From Zygophlyctis sp. KS116 (lineage: Eukaryota; Fungi; Chytridiomycota), in contig BAAFSQ010000170.1 in the NCBI GenBank assembly GCA_054661495.1, forward strand, positions 1 through 21,834: a DNA stretch of 21,834 nucleotides. Reading direction: 5' to 3'. Below the pieces are notes generated by a model. It was given only the letters and a program-made list of their open reading frames with translations, had not been told where the DNA came from and ran no database searches. The position numbers were made by a program, and so were the translations under genes. Positions 19,408-21,834 of the stretch are shown here, piece by piece; position 1 is the stretch's first letter; every line of letters starts with the position of its first letter.

Positions 19408-21065
19408 ATGATTGGTCCGCTCAATGATTCAGAATTTGAGACATTTGATGAGGAAGCCATGATGGAGCTGGACGCCGATATCGTCTCGCAGCCAATGGGC
19501 ATAGATGAGGTTTTTGTAAAACCTGTGCAAAAGCAAATGATGCCGGCAAAACCAATGCTGGAAAAGAAACCGGCGCAGGAAACTATGAAATTGTAAGTTT
19601 TATCTATTAATCATTGTCAAAAACAAGAAGATATTCATTTCTCTCTATTGCTAAAGGTTTTCTATCAAAGGCTATTTCCATTCAAGGATTTTTATAAATG
19701 GTTAAGCTATGGCAATAGTAAGAGTTTTTAATCTAAAAATAGTAAATAAACATTACTTCCTAAATCGTGAATTTTCATTCACTTTGGCATCTGATACTTA
19801 TATTCGTTTTAAATCTTTTAATAACGAATCGGATTTGAAAAATGAAATTGTTAGGCTTTGTCCTGTAAAGATTGATATAGGGGCAGTCTATAATTATCCT
19901 GTAAGTTTAGTTGTATTAAAGTAAAGCCGGCTCATAAAAAATCATCTTCTGCTGGGTTTGTTCCACAAGAACGTGAATTAGTGTTTGATATTGATATGAC
20001 TGATTATGATGAGATTAGAACTTGTTGTAGGTAAAGTTACTTTATAAACTGTAGTGGTGGTAATATTTGTGTAAAATGTTGGCAGTTTATGACTTTGGCT
20101 GTTAAAATACTTGATCGGGCTTTAAAAGGTTTCTATTTACAGTTTTTAAAAAAGTACAGAGGATTTGGGATTTAAGCACAGATTATGGGTGTATTCAGGG
20201 CGTCGTGGTGTACATTGTTGGATTTCAGATGAAAGAGCTAGAAAATTATCTTCGGAAGCAAGACGAGCAATTGTGACTTATTTGGAAGTTGTAAAGGTAT
20301 CTAAAATGTATTTATTGTAGGGAGGAGAGCATGCAGAAAAAAAGGTTTTATTAAAAGCTCAGCTTCATCCAAGTACAAAGTAGGAATTTTAGAATTTATG
20401 GATAGGATGGCTTATCATATATTGGAAAAGAATTTTAAGCAGGTTATTTTGAAAGACATGGATGTTTTAGGAAATGCAGATTCTTGGAAGAAAATTTTGC
20501 AGCTGATTCCTGATGAGGGTATGAAATCTTTGTCTAAAGAAAGATGTTAAAAGAGAGTTGGAATCGGAATGGCAAGATAATCCTTCAGTACCATCAACAG
20601 AAAAATGGGAGACTCTAGTTAAAAAATTAGCTCTCAAGGAGAAGGAAAAAAAGGTTATATTTTCTAAATTAATATCAGAAACATATACTGGGATTTACAA
20701 CTCGTGATATTATACTCCAATACACTTATCCTAGACTTGATTCAAATGTCAGTATTGGTTTAAACCATTTACTCAAATCTCCTTTTTGTATACATCCCAA
20801 AACCGGTCGAGTTTGTGTGCCTATTGATCCAGAAAAATGTGAATCTTTTGATCCTTTTTCTGTTCCTACTCTTGAATCGCTTCTCAAGGAATTGGACTCT
20901 GACAATACTATGGAACAGGATTCAGACTCTGTAAAGGATTACGAAAAGACTTCATTGAAGCCTCATGTAGAATATTTTAAATCTTTCTTGGGCGGATTAT
21001 CAGAGGAGATACGGTCCTCTCTCAGAACAAAAAGGGCAGAAGAAGAAAGAAAGCTAATGTTTTAA
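19408..21065 (+). CDS. PRI1: DNA primase small (catalytic) subunit; 9 introns, the first apparently GT-TG
   Basis: [71 protein letters not shown]...[22 protein letters not shown]. Introns 19593-19616, 19718-19742, 19901-19926, 20031-20054, 20129-20159, 20297-20320, 20380-20405, 20519-20543, 20654-20678. Confidence 0.93.
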
Positions 21066-21694
21066 ATAATTTCGCTCTCTGACGAGTCTGATATATCTGA
21101 TAAATTAAAAAAACATGCTCTTGGGCAATCATTAATGCTCCTTTGAGAACTCCTTATATTACAGTCATCTTGCAAAGGCTCTAGAATCTCAATCATTTCC
21201 ATCTGGTCCTTTACATTCTCTTGGTTATCTTCTTTACAAAATGATTGACAAGGCAATAATACATTCGCTCTTTGCTTGATTGTTTCGTAATGCTTGATTC
21301 TATTCTGTATCAACTCTTCCAATTCTTCTTCCTCCTTTGCAACCCAAGAGTCATGCTGAGCTTGAAGTTCTTCAATTTTCTTCTTAATCCTTTGAGTTTC
21401 CTCAAAAATTCTGGAAGAGTATAGAGTATTTAGTTGGTCTATGCTTTCTTTTAGTTGTTGTGTAGACATTTCCAAGTCATTAATGACACCAGATGCCAAT
21501 TCCCATAAAGAGCAATGAAAGATTTCTGTAAACTCCACGTCTCCTGGATCTCTACCATCCACCAAATTCCTAATCTGTACTGTCCGTTCCCTTCCTCCTT
21601 CCTGGCCAATCTCTTCCAACTTCAAAAACTCTGAAAATAAAAACGCCTGCGCTTCAATCTCTGGAAGTAACTTTAAGGGCACCTTCTTCTTCAT
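21062..21694 (-). CDS. Hypothetical coiled-coil protein (210 aa)
   Basis: Uninterrupted ORF with an E/K/Q-rich heptad region. Its stop codon interlocks with the PRI1 stop. Confidence 0.65.
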   Translation of the reverse strand: MKKKVPLKLLPEIEAQAFLFSEFLKLEEIGQEGGRERTVQIRNLVDGRDPGDVEFTEIFHCSLWELASGVINDLEMSTQQLKESIDQLNTLYSSRIFEETQRIKKKIEELQAQHDSWVAKEEEELEELIQNRIKHYETIKQRANVLLPCQSFCKEDNQENVKDQMEMIEILEPLQDDCNIRSSQRSINDCPRACFFNLSDISDSSESEII

Positions 21695-21834
21695 TTTTGT
21701 TATTTACAATTTTATTAAGAATATTCCAAGATTAATATTACTTGATCAAGAGATCAAAAAACCTAAAAATTAGTTTTCTAAAGAGAGTTTCAGACATCCA
21801 AGGAAGGTGCTTTAACCATCATCAGGCGACTTTC

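Noticed and set aside
248-21065. Fragmented ORFs read as pseudogenes or frameshift errors
   Set aside because: Nearly every break is exactly explained by a 24-40 nt GT-AG intron that restores conserved motifs.
248-21065. Ciliate-type stop-codon reassignment
   Set aside because: TAA and TAG terminate conserved genes at the expected positions, and internal stops fall inside AT-rich introns, most of which also shift the frame.
21695-21834. Possible 3' end of another minus-strand gene at the window edge
   Set aside because: Only about 14 open codons and an ambiguous intron are visible, which is not enough to support a call.

Overview
An AT-rich, extremely gene-dense eukaryotic window using the standard genetic code. 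The gene set (fungal-type Svf1, Atp14, Ilv6 and acyl-CoA oxidase, together with snurportin, LYRM2, PEX26-like and PEHE proteins) suggests an early-diverging fungus such as a chytrid; this is inference. Manual splicing yields about 20 complete genes: SET2, ARP4, RPA49, snurportin-like, a GATA-like/PHD/PEHE gene missing from the ORF track, RAD54, PEX26-like, two small unknowns, acyl-CoA oxidase, a Pep12/Vam3-type syntaxin, MRX7-like, ATP14, DUF2358-like, LYRM2, ILV6, G3BP/Bre5-like, SVF1, PRI1 and a coiled-coil unknown. The main feature is a miniature-intron system: 48 inferred introns, 44 of them 24-28 nt, with an apparent floor at 24 nt, many AAG acceptors, little polypyrimidine or branch signal, and one apparent GT-TG intron in PRI1. 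Genes are packed almost like an operon: three convergent pairs interlock their stop codons in 4 nt, one same-strand pair overlaps, and tandem spacers are as short as 15-36 nt. All gene calls come from motif recognition by eye, not database searches, and all introns are inferred from reading frames without RNA data.
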